Assembly: GCA_026770705.1 (NCBI GenBank)
Contig: JANJGN010000013.1
Location: forward strand, 57,474,001-57,538,000
Length of the DNA: 64,000 nt
From: Isurus oxyrinchus
Taxonomy: Eukaryota
Direction: 5' to 3'
In this document: positions 1 through 13,999 of the stretch, one piece after another
How positions within the stretch are numbered: position 1 is the stretch's first letter
Layout of the letters: each line of letters starts with the position of its first letter
The notes under the pieces: model-generated
Seen by the model: the letters and a program-made list of their open reading frames with translations, nothing else
Database searches by the model: none
Told to the model about the DNA's origin: nothing
Position numbers and translations under genes: made by a program

Positions 1-420
1 CTGCCTCTACCATACTTCCAGGCAGTGCATTCCAAACCCAAACCACTCATGTGAAAAAGCTTTTTCTCAAGTCACATTTGCTTCTTTTGCAAATCAGTTT
101 AAATCTGTGCCCATTGTTCTTGATCCTTTTACGAGCAGGAACAACTTCTCCCTATCTACTCTGTCCAATCCCCTCGTGATTTTGAATACCTCTATCAAAT
201 TTTCTGTTAGCCTTCTTCTCTCCAAGGAGACCAGTCCCAACCTCTCCAATCTATCTTCGTAACTGAAGTTTCTCATCCCTGGAACCATTCTTGTAAACCT
301 CTTCTGCACACTCTCCAATGTGTTCACGTCCATCCCATAATATGGTGACCAGAGCTGTACACAATACTCCAGCTGAGGTCTAATGAGTGTTTTATATAAA
401 TTCAGCATAACCTCCCTCTA
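1..420 (-). mobile_element. CR1 LINE, 3' ORF2 fragment
   Basis: ORF 94..408 (LYKTLIRPQLEYCVQLWSP..YEDRLERLGL) is the typical CR1 RT C-terminus. Confidence 0.9.
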
Positions 421-939
421 TGCCCCTATTAATAAATCCTATTCAGGTTGCTGTTATTCTCCTTTTGCCTATTATCCCATTACAAATATATCTGCTGTAG
501 TCTATATGAATCCGATTAATTATATATCATTACTAATAATTTTCAGGATTAAATTGATTGTTGTAAAAAAAATTTGTGTTCACACCAATTGATAGTGCTG
601 AAAATACTCAAATGATCAGTCTACTGTTACCTCCAAATTTGTGTCAAAAAGCGATTGAGCAAATAATGCTTAAACTCACACTAACAATCCTATTCTAATG
701 TTTAACAATTTGCCACATGTCCACATCAAAATACCTCAGTAATTTTCTTGCTGCCTTTCTGGAAAAGATATATGTAATGAAGTCACTTTCTAGAGCACTG
801 AATGATTCAATCATCTACAGAGAAATATAATTTCCTGCCCTCTTAAACTTCTTGATGGGTTTTGTAAAATACTGTCTGAAATCCAAAGTCATCTAACTTA
901 ACCATTTTATCTGCAGCTGTTACCTTCTCAGATATAGGC

Positions 940-1620
940 CAGGAGAGACAATAAGTGATACAGATGGAAGCAGGAAGTTTCAAAGAGGCAGCGATAGTGA
1001 GTGTGCAAAGCTATGACAAATGGTGTTCAATGATAGACAAGTAGAAGGTCATCCACTCTGAATCCAAGAAAATCAAATCAGTGTAGTTTATAAATAACTA
1101 GGAACTAGAAACTAGGGAACAAAGAGATTTGGATGCCCAAGTGCACAAATCATTAAACAATAGCAGACAGGTACAAAAAGCAATCAAAATACTAATGGAA
1201 TCATGGCCTGTATATCAAGGGGGCTGGAATACAAAAGGAAGGAAGTTATGCTACAGAGTCTGGGAGTACTGCAGTCAATTTGGGAAACCCTAACCCTAAC
1301 CTCATCTGTGCCCATAAAACTTGGAGAGATGCAACACAGATTCATCCTACTGGTTTCAGAGGGTTACATTATGAGGACAAGTTGCATAAACTTGGCTTGT
1401 ATTTCCTTGAGTATTAGACATTAAGAGATGATCTGATTGAGGCAAGTAAAATGTTAAAGGAATAAGGAATTGATAGAGCAGAGGAAGCATTTCTTCTCAT
1501 GTAGGAAGCAAGGTGAAGAAACATAATTTTAAAATTAGAGGTGATCATTTAGGAGTGAAAACAGAAATCCCCTTTTCACTGGAACATTGGAATTCTCTCC
1601 TGCAATAGGAGAAGTTAGGA
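940..1620 (+). mobile_element. Degenerate CR1 LINE fragment
   Basis: ACISRGLEYKRKEVMLQ and downstream CR1-like residues with frameshifts. Confidence 0.7.
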
Positions 1621-1625
1621 CCCTG

Positions 1626-2599
1626 TGTCATGATATGGCAGGTAGTATTTGCCAGGTTGACCAAATCTCAAAGGGAAACTTGGCCAAGCTATCACAACAA
1701 TTTTACAATTTGTATTTATTATGAGAAGATTTGTGCACAGAAGTACAGAGCCCAGTACCACTTTTAGAGACTTTAAAAATTAAATTGCAACATTTATTAA
1801 CAAAAGAAAAGAGAACTTAAACACACAATACTACAGTTATACAGTTACATTTAGTCTTATAACAGTCCCTACAAGATTTCTACTTAACTAGACTCCCAAC
1901 TACACACCCCTTTCAGGCCACAGTCCAAATAGATTCTTAATCTATAAGCATCCAGGAGTATTACCACAAACACCCACTGTTGCTATAAAGGAATATAGTT
2001 CACAGCTTCTCTCACCTCACTCGACAATGGAATTCTAAGGCTTCTAACAAAACCTTGCACTCTGGAAAAAGCAAGCACTTCTCTGGGGTGGATAGAGACT
2101 GCTTCTTCACAAGTCTGTTTTACACAGTCAAGATCTCACATGGCCACTCCCCATCCAGCGTTCCATCTTTCTTTAAATATATATATTCTCCCTTTTGATC
2201 TGTAAATCCCATTGTTTCACACTTCCTTTGGAAGGTACTTTTTCCAGAATATAAAAATCTTTCATGTCATCCTTATGGCCAGCACTTTTGGGAAAAACAA
2301 ACTTAATAACCTTGCTTTGTTTATCTTGCCAGTTGTAAACCATCTTATCATGTCCCTTTGAAAATCAAACAACCTCTCAAATTCCCCAAATGCAAATTTC
2401 ATTCACATTTTATCTGCTGAGTCTTCATCCTAGTGCACCCATCTCCATTTCAAAATACCTGGTTTACACCTAACCCCTTTGATGATTTAAACCTTGCAGT
2501 CTGACTGTAGTTTAATTAAATTAATCATACACATAGCTCCCATAAGCCTGCTTTAAAGTATCCCACAGTAATATTAGGGAAAAAAATATTTCCTTTACA
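1626..2599 (-). mobile_element. Probable solo LTR
   Basis: TGT...ACA termini and a near 4-bp TSD (cctg/cctt). TATA-like (~2175) then AATAAA (~1793) occur in order on the minus strand. No coding capacity. Confidence 0.45.
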
Positions 2600-2679
2600 C
2601 CTTTTTTTTAACATTCTTTCATGGGATGTGGGCATTGCTATACATCAAGTACCAGGTCATTAATATATAGCAGGAAGAG

Positions 2680-2935
2680 CAAGGGGAGATTGTGGTCTAG
2701 TGGTAATGTCACCATGCTAGTAATGCTGTGGTTAATTCTCTGGGAACTTGGGTTCAAATCCCATCATGGTATCAATAATGGTGACCATGTAATTCTTAGT
2801 GATTGCTGTAAAAACATATCTGGTTCTCTAATGTCCTTTAGAGAAGGAAATCTGCTCAGGCTGGTTTAGATGTGACTTCAGACAATTGCAATGTGGTTGA
2901 CTCTTTACTGCCATCTGAAATGGCCTACTCAGTTC
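2680..2935 (+). mobile_element. tRNA-derived SINE
   Basis: A-box-like tggtctagtgg and B-box-like ggttcaaatcc. The core aatgtcctttagggaaggaaatctgc is shared with copies at ~19510 and ~24100. Confidence 0.65.
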
Positions 2936-4325
2936 AAGGGAAATTAGGAGTGGGAAACAAATTCAAGCTTTGTGGATGATATGAAACTTGGAAGCATTGT
3001 GAACTGTGAGGAGGATAGTGTAGAACTTCAAAAGAGTGGGCAGACAAGGGACAGATGAAATTCAATGCAGAGAAACTATGGATGAAGGAACCAACTGTAT
3101 TGTATCCAAACTTGCAGATGATGCAAAGATAGGTAGGAAAGCAAGTTGTGAGGAGGATACAAAGTGTCTGCAAAGGGATATAGATAGATTAAGTGAGTGG
3201 GCAGAAATTTGACAGATGGAGTACAACATGGGAAGATGTGAGCTTGTCGACTTCCCAGGAAGAATAAAAACACAGAATATTATTTAAATGGAGAGACACT
3301 GCTGCAGTACAGAGGGATGTGGGTATCTTTGTACATGAATCACAAATGTTAGCATGGGTACTGTACCTGGAGTACTTTGAACAGTTTTGGTCCCCTTACT
3401 TAAGAAAGGATAGGCCTGCTTTGAAAGCAGTTCAAAGAAGGCTCAGTAGCCTAATTCCTGGGATGAAGGAGTTGTCTTATGAGAAAAAGCTGAACAGGTT
3501 GGGCCTATATTCATTGGAGCTTAGAAGATTGAGAGGTGGCCTTATTGAAACACATAAGATTTTGAAGGGTCTTGACAGGGTGGATGCTGAAAACTAAGGG
3601 GCACAGTTTAGAGATAAGACGTCTCCCGTTTAAGACAAAGATGAGGAGAAATTTCTTCTCAGACAGCCGTTAGTCTTTGGAATTCTCTTCCACAGAAAGC
3701 AGTGGAGACTGGGTAATTGAACATATATTCAAGATTGAGTTCGTTAGATTTTTGCTTGACAAGGGACTCAAAAGTTATGGGGGACAGGCAAGAAGGTGGT
3801 GTTAAGCCAGCAATCAGATCAGCCATGATCTGAGTGAATGGCGGAACAGGATCGATTGACCAAATAATGGCTTATTCTTGCTCCTAATTCTTATGATCCT
3901 ACAATCTTATGATCTTAAGTATGAAGTGATACATTTTGGTAGGAAGAAAGTGAAGAGACAATATAAAATAAAGGGTATAATTCTAAAGAGGGTGCAGGAG
4001 AGAGACGCCTGGGTGTATATGTGCATAAGTTATTGAAGGTGGCAGAATAAGTTGGGAGCGTGGTTAATAAAGCATACAGTATCCTAGGCTTTATTAATAG
4101 ACCATAGAGTAGAAGAGCAAGTACTCATATAGAACAATGGTTCAGCCAATACTGGAGTATTGCTTCCAGACCTGGGTGCCACACTTCAGGAGATAAGTGA
4201 AGGCAGAGAGAGAATGCGAAAAGATTCCTGAGAATCGTTCCAGGGATGAGGAACTTCAGATACATAGATAGATTGGACTGTTTTCCTTGGAGAAGGGAAG
4301 GTTGAGAGGAGAGTTCATAACGATA
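2935..4325 (+). mobile_element. Nested CR1 LINE fragments
   Basis: KFVDDMKLG and KLADDAKIG RT motifs, ORF 3319..3597, and a CR1 3' tail ending in (tcttatga)n at ~3890-3915. Confidence 0.85.
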
Positions 4326-5049
4326 CCATATATACTCATGTAAAAATCAAGCTTTGAGATCAAAATTTCAGACAAAAAGTAGAGTGTCGACTTAGATCTG
4401 AGTAATATTTTCAATGGGTTAAAATTGTTTCATGCCAGGGCTGCTGGAGTGTGCGTGACCTGATTGCAGCCATTTTGAAGTGTCCTCTCCCACTTACTGC
4501 TTCTCTCCCTGACTCACTCTCTCCACTTCCCTCCCCACCTCTCTCTCTCATTCCACTTCCCTCACCAACCCTCTCTCTTTCTGCTTCCCCCCCAACTCTC
4601 TCTCTCTCTCCACTTCCCTTTCTAACTCACTGTCTCCTATCGCTCTCTCACCGACTGTCTCTCTCTCTCCACTTCCCTCTCCGACTCTCTCTTTCCACTT
4701 TTGTCCCGGACTCTCCATCTTGCAGCTCCTGTCACTCATTTCTCTCTTGCACCACCCCTCTCATGAGTCCACGTTCACAGTGAGGGCCTGGGAGAGAAAG
4801 TTGAAAGTCAGAAAGTCAGGTAGCGAAGAAAGAGAGTCAAGAAGGGAAGCAGAGATAGAGAGAGAGAGAGAGCTGGGGAGGGAAGCAGAGAGAGACAGTC
4901 AGGTAGGATGTGGTGAGCAAGAGAGTCGATGAGAGGGCGAGATTCAGCCTGCAGCGTGAGTGGGACGTAAGATGAAAGAGTTAGGATTTTTGGCCAAAAT
5001 TCAGGGTTCGCCTTATACATGAGGTCAGCTATTACTCTAGTATATAAGA
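4326..5049. mobile_element. Tc1/mariner-pogo-like non-autonomous element with an internal CT/GA low-complexity tract
   Basis: Imperfect TIRs ccatatatactcatgtaa / ttactctagtatataaga flanked by TA. It interrupts a CR1 ORF that resumes at ~5052 (LKIMKDLDR). Confidence 0.55.
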
Positions 5050-5140
5050 TATTGAAAATCATGAAGGATCTGGACAGAATAGATAGACAAAAACTGTTCC
5101 CATTTGTGGAATATTATAAGACCATAAGACCATGAGCAGA

Positions 5141-5309
5141 GATAAAAGCAAAAAACTGCGGATGCTGGAAATCCAAAACAAAAACAGAAACAGAAATACC
5201 TGGAAAAACTCAGCAGGTCTGGCAGCATCGGCGGAGGAGAGTACAGTTGACGTTTCGAGTCCTCATGACCCTTCAACAGAACTAAGTAAAAATAGGAAAT
5301 GGGTGAAAT
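5141..5309 (-). mobile_element. Penelope 3'-terminal mini-insertion
   Basis: Matches the end of the Penelope copies. 17-bp TSD ataagaccatgagcaga at 5124-5140 and 5310-5326. Confidence 0.85.
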
Positions 5310-5489
5310 ATAAGACCATGAGCAGAAGTAGGCCATTCAGTTCATCGAGTCTGCTCTGCCATTTAATGAGATCTGATAATCCTCAACTCCACTTTCCTGC
5401 CTTTTCCCTATAACCCTGATTCCCTTACTGATTAAAAATCTGTCTATCTCAGCCTTGAATATACTTAATGACCCAACCTCTACAGCCCT

Positions 5490-6300
5490 CTTTTTTTAAA
5501 AAATTCATTCATGGAATGTGGGTTTTGCTGGCTGGGCCAACATTTTTTGCCCATCCCTAGTTGCCTTTGAGAAGGTGGTGGTGAGCTGCCTTCTTGAACA
5601 TTGCAGTCCATGTGGTGTAGGTACACCCACAGTGCTGTTAGGGAGGGAGTTCCAGGATTTTGACCAAGCGACAGTGAAGGAAGGGTGATATATTTCCAAG
5701 TCAGGATGGTGAGTGACTTAGAGGGGATCTTCCATGCTATCCTTGTCCTTCTAGGTGGTAGTGGTCGTGAGTTTGGAAGGTGCTGTCCAAGGAGCCTTGA
5801 TGAATTCCTGCAGTGCATCTTGTAGATGGTACACACTGCTGCTACTGTGCGTCGGTAGTGGAGGGAGTGAATGTTTGTGGATGTGGTTCCAAGCAAGTGG
5901 ACGACTTTGTCCTGGAAAGTGTCGAGCTTCTTCAGTGTTGTAGGAGCTGCACTCATCCAGGCAAGTGGGGAGTATTCCATCACACACCTGATGGTGGACA
6001 GGCTTTGGGGAGTCAGGAGGCGAGTTACTCGTTGCATGATTCTTAGCCTCTGACCTGCTCTTGTAGCCACAGTGTTTATATGGCTAGTCCAGTTCAGTTT
6101 CTGATCAATGGTAATCCCCAGGCTGTTGATAGTGAGATATTCAGGGATGGCAATGCCAGTGAACATCAAGGGGCGATGGTTGGATTCTCTCTTGTTGGAG
6201 ATGGTCATTGCCTGACACGTGTGGCGCGAACGTTACTTGCCGCTTGTCAGCCGAGGTCTGGATATTATCCAGGTCTTGCTGCATTTGGGCATGGACCACA
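5490..6300 (-). mobile_element. Second non-LTR retrotransposon family (distinct from the CR1 copies), 3' fragment
   Basis: ORF 5480..6208 (NWTSHINTVATRAGQRL..VMEYSPLAW) with a 3' tail ggcaactagggatgggc..catgaatgaat. Other copies at 8240-8495(+), 11445-12085(+), 22765-23950(+), 26745-27320(-), 31660-32025(-), 47340-47470(+) and 57670-59720(-). Confidence 0.85.
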
Positions 6301-8050
6301 GTAAAGAATTCCACAGATTCCCTAACCTCTGAGAGAAGAAATCCTTCCTCATCTCTGTTTTAAAGTGGCAACTCCTAACTCTGAGATTATGCCCTCTGGT
6401 CCTAGACTCTCCAACAAGGGGAAAACACTTTTCAGCATCTACCCTGTCAAGCCCCCTAAGAATCTAACATGTTTCAATAAGGTCGCCTCTGATTCTTCTA
6501 AATTCTAGTGAGTACAGGCCCAGCCTACTCAACCTCTCCTCATAAGAAAATCCCTCCATACCCAGGATCAACCTAGTGGACCTCCTCTAGACTGCCTCCA
6601 ATGTCCTCCCCTAGATAAGGGGACCAAAACTGTTCACAGTACTATAGGTGTGGTCTAACCAGTACCTTGTATAATTTTAGCAAGACTTCCCTATTTTTAT
6701 ACCCCATTCCCTTTGAAATAAAGGCCAACATTCCATTTGCCTTCCCTATTACCTGCTGAACTTGTATGTTAGCTTTTTGGGATTCATGCATGAGGACTCC
6801 CAAATTCCTCTGTGCTGCAGATTTCTGCAGCCTTTCTCCATTTAAATGGTATTCAACTCCTCAGTTCTTCCTGCCAAAGAGCATAACTTCACATTTTCCC
6901 ACATTATATTCCATCTGCCAAATTTTTGCCCTGTCTATATCCCACTGTAGACTGTGTTATCCTCACCACTTGCCTTCCCACCTATTTTTGTGTCATCCAC
7001 AAACTTGGTGATAGTACATTCACTTCCCTCATCCAAGCCATTAATATATTGTAAATAATTGTGGCCCCAGCACTGATCCCTGTTGCAGTCCACTAGTTAC
7101 ATATTGCCATCCTGAAAATGTCCCCCCTTATCCCAACTCTCTGTCTTCTTTAGCCAATCCTCTACCCATGTTAATATACTACCCCCAACCCCATGGGCTT
7201 TTATCTTATTAAGTAGCCTTATGTGCAGTACCTTGTTGAACACCTTTTGGAAATCCAAAAATATTACATCTACTGGTCCCCCTTTATCTATCCTACTTAC
7301 TACCTCCTCAAAGAATTCTAATAAATTTTTCAGGCATGATTTCCTCTTCATGAAGCCATGCTGACTCCGTTTAATTAGATTATGTATCTCTAAATGCTCT
7401 GCTATGACATCCTTTATAATAGACTCCAACATTTTCCCAATGACAGATGTTAAGCTAACTGGCCTATAGTTACCTGTTTTTTGTCTATCTCCCTTTTTGA
7501 ATAAGGGTGTTACACTGGCAGTTTTCCAATCCTCTGGGACTCTTCCAGAATCTAAGGATTCTTGGAAGATTACTACCAGTGTATCCACTACCACTGCTGC
7601 TATTTCCTTTAATATCCTAGGATGCAACCCCTCAGGTCCAACTGTCTTATCAGCCTTTAGCCCCATTAGTTTACTTAGTACTTTTTCTCTAGTGATAGTT
7701 ATTGTGTTGAATTCCTCCCCCTCTTTTGCCCCATGATTATTTTAGTATTTTTGGAATGTTATTAGTGTCATCTACCGTGAAGGCTGATGCAAAGTATTTA
7801 TTCAACTCCTTTGCCATTTCCTGGTTCCCCATTATTATTTCCCCAGCCTCATTCTCTAAGGGGCCTATGCTCACTTTGGCCTCTCTCTTCCTTTTTATAT
7901 ATTTAAAGAAGCTATTTCTGTCCATTTTTATATTACTTGCTAGTTTACCCTCAATGTTTATTTTCTCTCTCTATTATTTTTTTGGTCATCTTTTGTTGGT
8001 TTTTAAAACTTTCCCAATCCTCTGCCTTACCAATAACCTTTGCCACATTG
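6300..8050 (-). mobile_element. CR1 LINE ORF2 fragment (3' end continues at 5327-5480)
   Basis: ORF 7097..7666: GLHPRILKE..NYRPVSLTSV..QHGFMK..DVIFLDFQKVF. Confidence 0.92.
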
Positions 8051-8494
8051 TAAGAACTTCACCAATGAGAATTAGCATTTGTAGAATTTCTGGCATGACA
8101 CTTTGTGTTTTAGTGGCACATTGTTACAGCATAAATGGCCTGGAATTTCACGCACACACCATTATTAATGTGAAAATTTGCCAGCAACTTGTGGCATAGA
8201 ACAAAAAACAGAATTGTGAATCATCACGAATTGCATGACAATTAGTGCCAGACAATGACTGTCTCCAACAAGAGAGAATCTAATAACCTTCCCTTGACAT
8301 TCAATGGCATTACCATTGCTGAATCCCCCACTATCAACATCCTGGTGTTTACCATTGCCCAGAAACTGAATTGGACCAGCCATATAATTACTGTGGCCAC
8401 AAGAGCAGGTCAGAGGCTGGAAATTCTTTGGCAAGTAATTCACCTCCTGACTCCCCAAATTCTGTTCACCAACTGCAAGTCACACGTCAGGTGT

Positions 8495-10030
8495 GTGACA
8501 ATGGGGGACTTTAATTATCTTAATGTAGATTGGGGTTAATAATAGCACAAGGGGCAGAGAGGTGGAAGAGTTTCTGAAGTGTGTTCAGGACAATTTTTTT
8601 GATCCACATTTTCCCGGCCCAGTGACGAAGGAGGCATTGCTAGATTCAGTTCTGGCACGCGATGTGGGTCAAGTGGATCAAATGTCAGTCAGCAAACCTT
8701 CAGGGAATAGTGACCACCATAGGATCATAAAGGTTAGCGTAGGCTTGGAAAAGGACAAGGAGAAATCTGAAGTAAAAACACTTAATTGGAGGAGGGCCAA
8801 TTTCATTTGGGTGTAAGGTCCTCTGATCTTAACTGAGTTCTTGGGACAAGGCAAAAAAGCAATAAACAATGATTTTGGTACAACAAATTAACAGAATTTA
8901 TTAAGTAAATGATTGAACAAAAATGCTTAACAATAGGTGATAGTGGACAATCTGCTGTTGATGTTTGCCCCCCAAATCTGCCTGGACACACGGAATGTTG
9001 GCTTTGGTTCTCTGTGATGTATTCTCTTCAATGTTTTCTCTTATCTGGCTCCTCCTTCTGTACTGAGATCCTTGAGGTCCCCAATTTTATACCCTCCCCA
9101 TATCAGTCTACTTTCAGTTTTGCGCATGGTCTCCTGCCTATGTATGACCCAGCTACCTGTCCCCTTGCCTACATGTGGTCTGGCCATCTAACCCCAGATT
9201 CACTGGCGACATTTTCGCGTTGTTTGCTGTCCAGGTGACACCAATTTTTGCTTTTGGTGCCAAACTGCCGGGCAACAATTTTCTGTGGAAAGTGTGCTTT
9301 TTTAAACTATTAACCCTTTAGCTTCCACATAGCTGCAAACAGTACAATCAAATACTATTACAATTCAGAAGTTCTCCTGAAATAATACAAATAATGTATT
9401 ATTCATCTAAGTAAGCGATGTAAGCAACATATTTATAATTTCCCACAGGGGTGAGAACAGATAAATTGGAATCAAATATTGGCAAGTAAACCTGGAATGG
9501 AACAATAGACTGCCTTTAAAGAGGAGACAGTTTGTGTACAGGTTTATTCCCACAAAGGAGAAAGCTAGGGCAACAAAAGCCAGAACTCCCTGGACGATGA
9601 GAGAGATAACGAGGATGATATAGAAGGAAAAGGCTGTGCATGACAGATTTCAGGCTGATAATGAAGTGAAAATAAGGTTGAATACAGAAAATTCAGGGGA
9701 AGTGCAAAACAAAATCAGAGAGGCAAAGAAAACTGGCAGCTAACATAAAAGAGAGTCTAAAAGTCTTCCAAAAGCATATAAATAGTAAAATGGAAGGGAG
9801 AGAAGGGGTAAGGTTGATTGGGACAAAAAAGGGGATCATTGCATGGGGGCAGATGGCATGTCTGAAGTGCTTTATGAATATTTTGCATCTGTCCTTACCA
9901 AAGAAGTTACTACCCAAAGTGAAAGAGAAGGCAGCTGAGATATTGAATGGCTAAAAATTGCTAAGGAAAGGGTATTAGAAAGGCTGTTTAGAGTTGATAA
10001 GGCAGCAGGAACAAATGGGATGCATCAGAA
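8495..10030 (+). mobile_element. Degenerate CR1 ORF2 (endonuclease-linker region) interrupted by a solo LTR
   Basis: MGDFNY..EEFLKCVQDNF..GNSDH..LNWRRANF; the frame resumes with GVRTD after 9447. Confidence 0.8.
8812..9447 (-). mobile_element. Solo LTR (636 bp)
   Basis: TGTAAG...CCACA termini and a near 4-bp TSD (tggg/gggg). It cleanly splits the CR1 ORF. TATAAAA (~9085) then AATAAA (~8898) on the minus strand. Confidence 0.7.
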
Positions 10031-10034
10031 CATG

Positions 10035-10950
10035 CGAACATATCAATTAGGAGCAGGGGTAGGCTACTTGGCCCCTGAAGTCTGCTCTGCCATTCAATAT
10101 GATCGTGGCTGATCTGATTGTACCTTAACACCACATTCCCGTCTACCCTCAATAATCTTTCATCACCTTGCTCATTGAGAATCTATATAGCTCTGCTTTA
10201 AAAATATTCAAAGACTCTGCTTCCACTGCCTTTAGAGGAAGAGAGTTCCAAAGTCTCATGACCCTCTAAGAAAAAAAATTCTCCTCATCTCTGTCTCAAA
10301 TGGGCGACCCCTTATTTTTAAACAGTGACCCTTAGTTCTAGATTATCCCACAAGAGGAAACATCCTCTCCATGTCCACCCTGTCAAGAACCCTCAGGATC
10401 TCATATGTTTCAATCAAGTCGCCTCTTAATCTTTTAAACTCCAGCGGATACAAACCTAGCCTATCCAACCTTTCCTTATAAGACAACCCACACGTTCCTG
10501 GTATTAGCCTAGTAACCGTTCTCTGAACTGCTTCTACCTTATTTACATCCTTCCTTAAATAAGGAGACCAATACTGATTTGGTCTCACCAGTGCCCTGTA
10601 CAACTGAAGCATAACTTCCCTAGTTTTGTTTTCAATTTCCCTTGCAATAAACCATAACATTCTATTAGCTTTCCTAATTACTTGCTGTACCTACAAACTA
10701 ACTTTTTGTGATTCATGCCCTAAGGCACCCAGATCCCTCTGAACCTCAGAGCTCTGCAATCCTTCACCATTTGGATAAAATGCTGCTAAAGTGGACAGTT
10801 TGACATTTGCCCACATTATGCTCCTTTTGCCAGATCTTTGCCCAATCACTTAACCTATCCATGTCTCTTTGTAGCCTCCTTACATCCTCTTCACAATTTT
10901 TTTCCTACCCACCTTTGTGTCATGAGTAAATTTAGCAACCATACATTCGG
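10035..10950 (-). mobile_element. CR1 LINE 3' fragment
   Basis: ORF 10343..10660 and a CR1 3' UTR. Confidence 0.88.
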
Positions 10951-10954
10951 TCCC

Positions 10955-12144
10955 ATATACTGAGGAAATTAAAGGTGGAAATTTCAGAGGTTCTTGCCAT
11001 AACTTTCCAATCGTCCTTAGCTACAGACAAGGTTGTTGTCCGGAGACTGGAGAATTGCAAATATTACACCATTGTTCAAATACAAGGATACACCCAGTAG
11101 CTAGAAACAGCTAGGTTAACATTGGTGATGGGAAAATGCATAGAGATGATAATCTAGGATAAACTAAGTCACTTAGGAAAACCTATGCTGATTAGAAAAG
11201 GTCAGCACAGATTTGTTCAAGGCAAATAATGTTTACTAATTTTATTGATTTTTTTTTGATCAGGTAACAGAGATAGTTGATGAGGTTAATGTGGTTGAAG
11301 TTGTGTCCATGGGCTTCCAAAAAACATTTGATAAAGCTCCACATAATAGACTTGCCAGCAAAATTAAAGCCCATGAGACAGATGGGAAAATGTTAGGAAA
11401 GATACAAAATTGACTGAATGTCAGGAAACAGAGTAGTAGTGAACAGCATCCTGAGGGTTAACATTGACTAGAAACTGAACTGGACAAGACATATAAATAC
11501 TGTGGCTACAAGAGCAGGTCAGATGTGAGTAACTCACTTTGCAACTCCCCAGAGCCTGTCCACCATCTATAAGGCACACGTCAGGAGTGTGGTGGAATAC
11601 TCCCCACTTGCCTGGATGAGTACAGCTCCCACAACACTCAAGAAGCTTGACACCATCCAAGAAAAAGCAGCCCATTCGATTGGCACCCCATCCCAGACAT
11701 TCACTCCCTCCACCATTGGTGTGTACCATCTATAAGATGCACTGCAGGAACTCACCAAGCCTTCTTAGACAGCACCTTCCAAACATAAAACCACTACCAT
11801 CTAGAAGCACAGGGGCAACAGATAAATGGGAACACCACTACCTGGAAGTTCCCCTTCAAGCCAATCATCATCCTGACTTGGAAATATATTGCCATTCCTT
11901 CACTGTGTCTGGGCCAAAATCCTGGGTCTTTCTTCCTAACAGCACTGTGGGTGTACCTACACTACATTGACTGCAACGATTCAAGAAGGCAGCTCACCAC
12001 CACCTTCTCAAGGGCAATTAAGGATGGGCCATAAATACTGGCCCAGCCAGTGAAGCCCACATCCCGTGAATGAATAAAAAAAAGTTGCAACTGGACAACA
12101 GTGGAGCTCCCCAGGCCCTAGTACCAGGACTACTATTTTTCTTC

Positions 12145-12180
<36 letters not shown>

Positions 12181-12920
12181 ATGAACTAGTCTTGAGAATG
12201 CAGGACACTATTACAAAATTTGCCAATGACACAAAAATTGAAAATATCATCAAGTTTGAGAGGATAGTGACAGACTTTAAGAAGACATAGGTAGGCTGGT
12301 GGAGTGGATAGGCATTTTGCAGATGACATTTAATACAGAGAAGTGTGAAATGATACACTTTTGTAGGAAAAGCAAGGAGAGGCAATGTAAAAGAAAGGCT
12401 ACAATTCTAAACATGCGCCAAATCACTGAAGTGGGAGGACAGGCTGAGAACATGATTAAACAGGCGTACAGAACCCTGGTTTTTATAAATAGAAGCATAA
12501 AACACAAAAGCAAGAAATTTATGAAACCTTATAGAACTGTGTTTTCAGCGTCAATTGAAGTATTGTGTCCAATTTTAGGAGGGTTGTGAAAGCTTTAGCT
12601 CAGATACAAAAAAAGATTTATGAGAATGGTTCCAGGGATGAGGGACTTCAGCTACATAAATTGGTGCAAGAGTAGGCCATTTTGCTCTTTGAGCCTGCTC
12701 TGCCGTTCAATAAGATCATGGCTGACCTGATTGTGGCCATAACTCCACTTTCCTTCCCACCTGACCCCAGCCCCATAACCCTTGACTGCCTTGTAGATCA
12801 AACATCTGTCTAACTCGCCTTGAATATGTTCAATGATTCAGCCTCCACTGCTCTCTGGGAAGGAGACTTCCAAAGATGATCAGCCCTCTGAGGGAGGAAC
12901 TTCTTCCTCATGTCCATCTT
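10955..12920. mobile_element. Cluster of CR1 fragments with a nested second-family LINE (11445-12085) and (TA)n at ~12148-12178
   Basis: GFQKTFDK-like motif, ORFs 12299..12589 and 11647..11970, and a minus-strand CR1 3' end at 12665-12925. Confidence 0.75.
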
Positions 12921-13128
12921 AAATGGGAGACTCCTTGGTCTGGATCTTCTGAACAGCAGCAATGATGAATATATTGTTGCTGCTCTTGAAGATTCCCCTG
13001 ACACAATACTGCTGCATATTTCTACTGGGATCTTCCAATCACAGCTTTCACAGAATGCGCAGCACAGTGTCCCTCGGGAAACTCCATAGGAGCACAGTAG
13101 AGTCAGGGAAAGACAGGACACGTCTCCC

Positions 13129-13227
13129 TTCTGTCGAAGGGTCATGAGGACTCGAAACGTCAACTCTTTTCTTCTCCGCCGATGCTGCCAGACCTGCTGA
13201 GTTTTTCCAGGTAATTCTGTTTTTGTT
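13129..13227 (+). mobile_element. Penelope terminal fragment
   Basis: ctgtcgaagggtcatgaggactcgaaacgtcaact...ccaggtaattctgtttttg matches the 3' end of the Penelope at ~21150-21246. Confidence 0.85.
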
Positions 13228-13999
13228 AGAGATATAGCAACTTTGGATTGTGTGTGACCAATGCATTCTAGTGAAACAACCAACCTATGTAAAGGATATT
13301 GACTGATGCTAAATCAAGGAAATTTAACAGATTGCATTGGATACTTGGTTGTCCTCGGAGTTTTCACACTCTGCGACTTAATATAACTAAAATCTTGTTT
13401 AACTATATAAAATCAAATTGTTTGGTCAATGCAAGCAGAAAGTATATTAGAACTGGAACTAATTTTCAATTCAAGAACAAACAAAATTGAACTTCTTTCT
13501 GTTGTGGTATGCCAATGTTTCTTTTATGCTGTCAAACAACATTAACAATGCAAACATGTCCCTGAACAAGTTGGCCAATTAATTTCCTTGGGGGATCACC
13601 AAAAGAATGGCTTAAATGTTCACTTAGTGCCTTGCATCCAGAGTTTTCACCAAACTTTCCTGTGGACATTCTCCCCCATTATCTATAGATAGATTGTGGG
13701 GAAGAAAATTAGATGGGTTGTGAAATAGGTTCCATGTTCATTATCACCTGTTTAGTGCTGCCGCTGAACACCAATTTCATCTTACAAAACCAAAGTACTG
13801 TTGATGCTGGAAATCTGAAGTGTACACAAAAATTGCTGTAAATACTGAGCAGGTCAGGCAGCATGTGTGGAGAGAACAACAGAGTTAATGCTTCAGGTTG
13901 AATAGAACTAGCATTGTTGCTTTTGAGTACCTGTGTCAAGAGCAAATGCATTAGCTGGGATAAAATTAATTTTTAATGCAGCGAAAGGAAACAGATTCA

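Noticed and set aside
12810-13283. 157-aa ORF containing TIYSSL (ITSM/ITIM-like)
   Set aside because: It is a chimera of a Penelope terminus, a short unknown segment and a CR1 3' end, with no credible splice acceptor.
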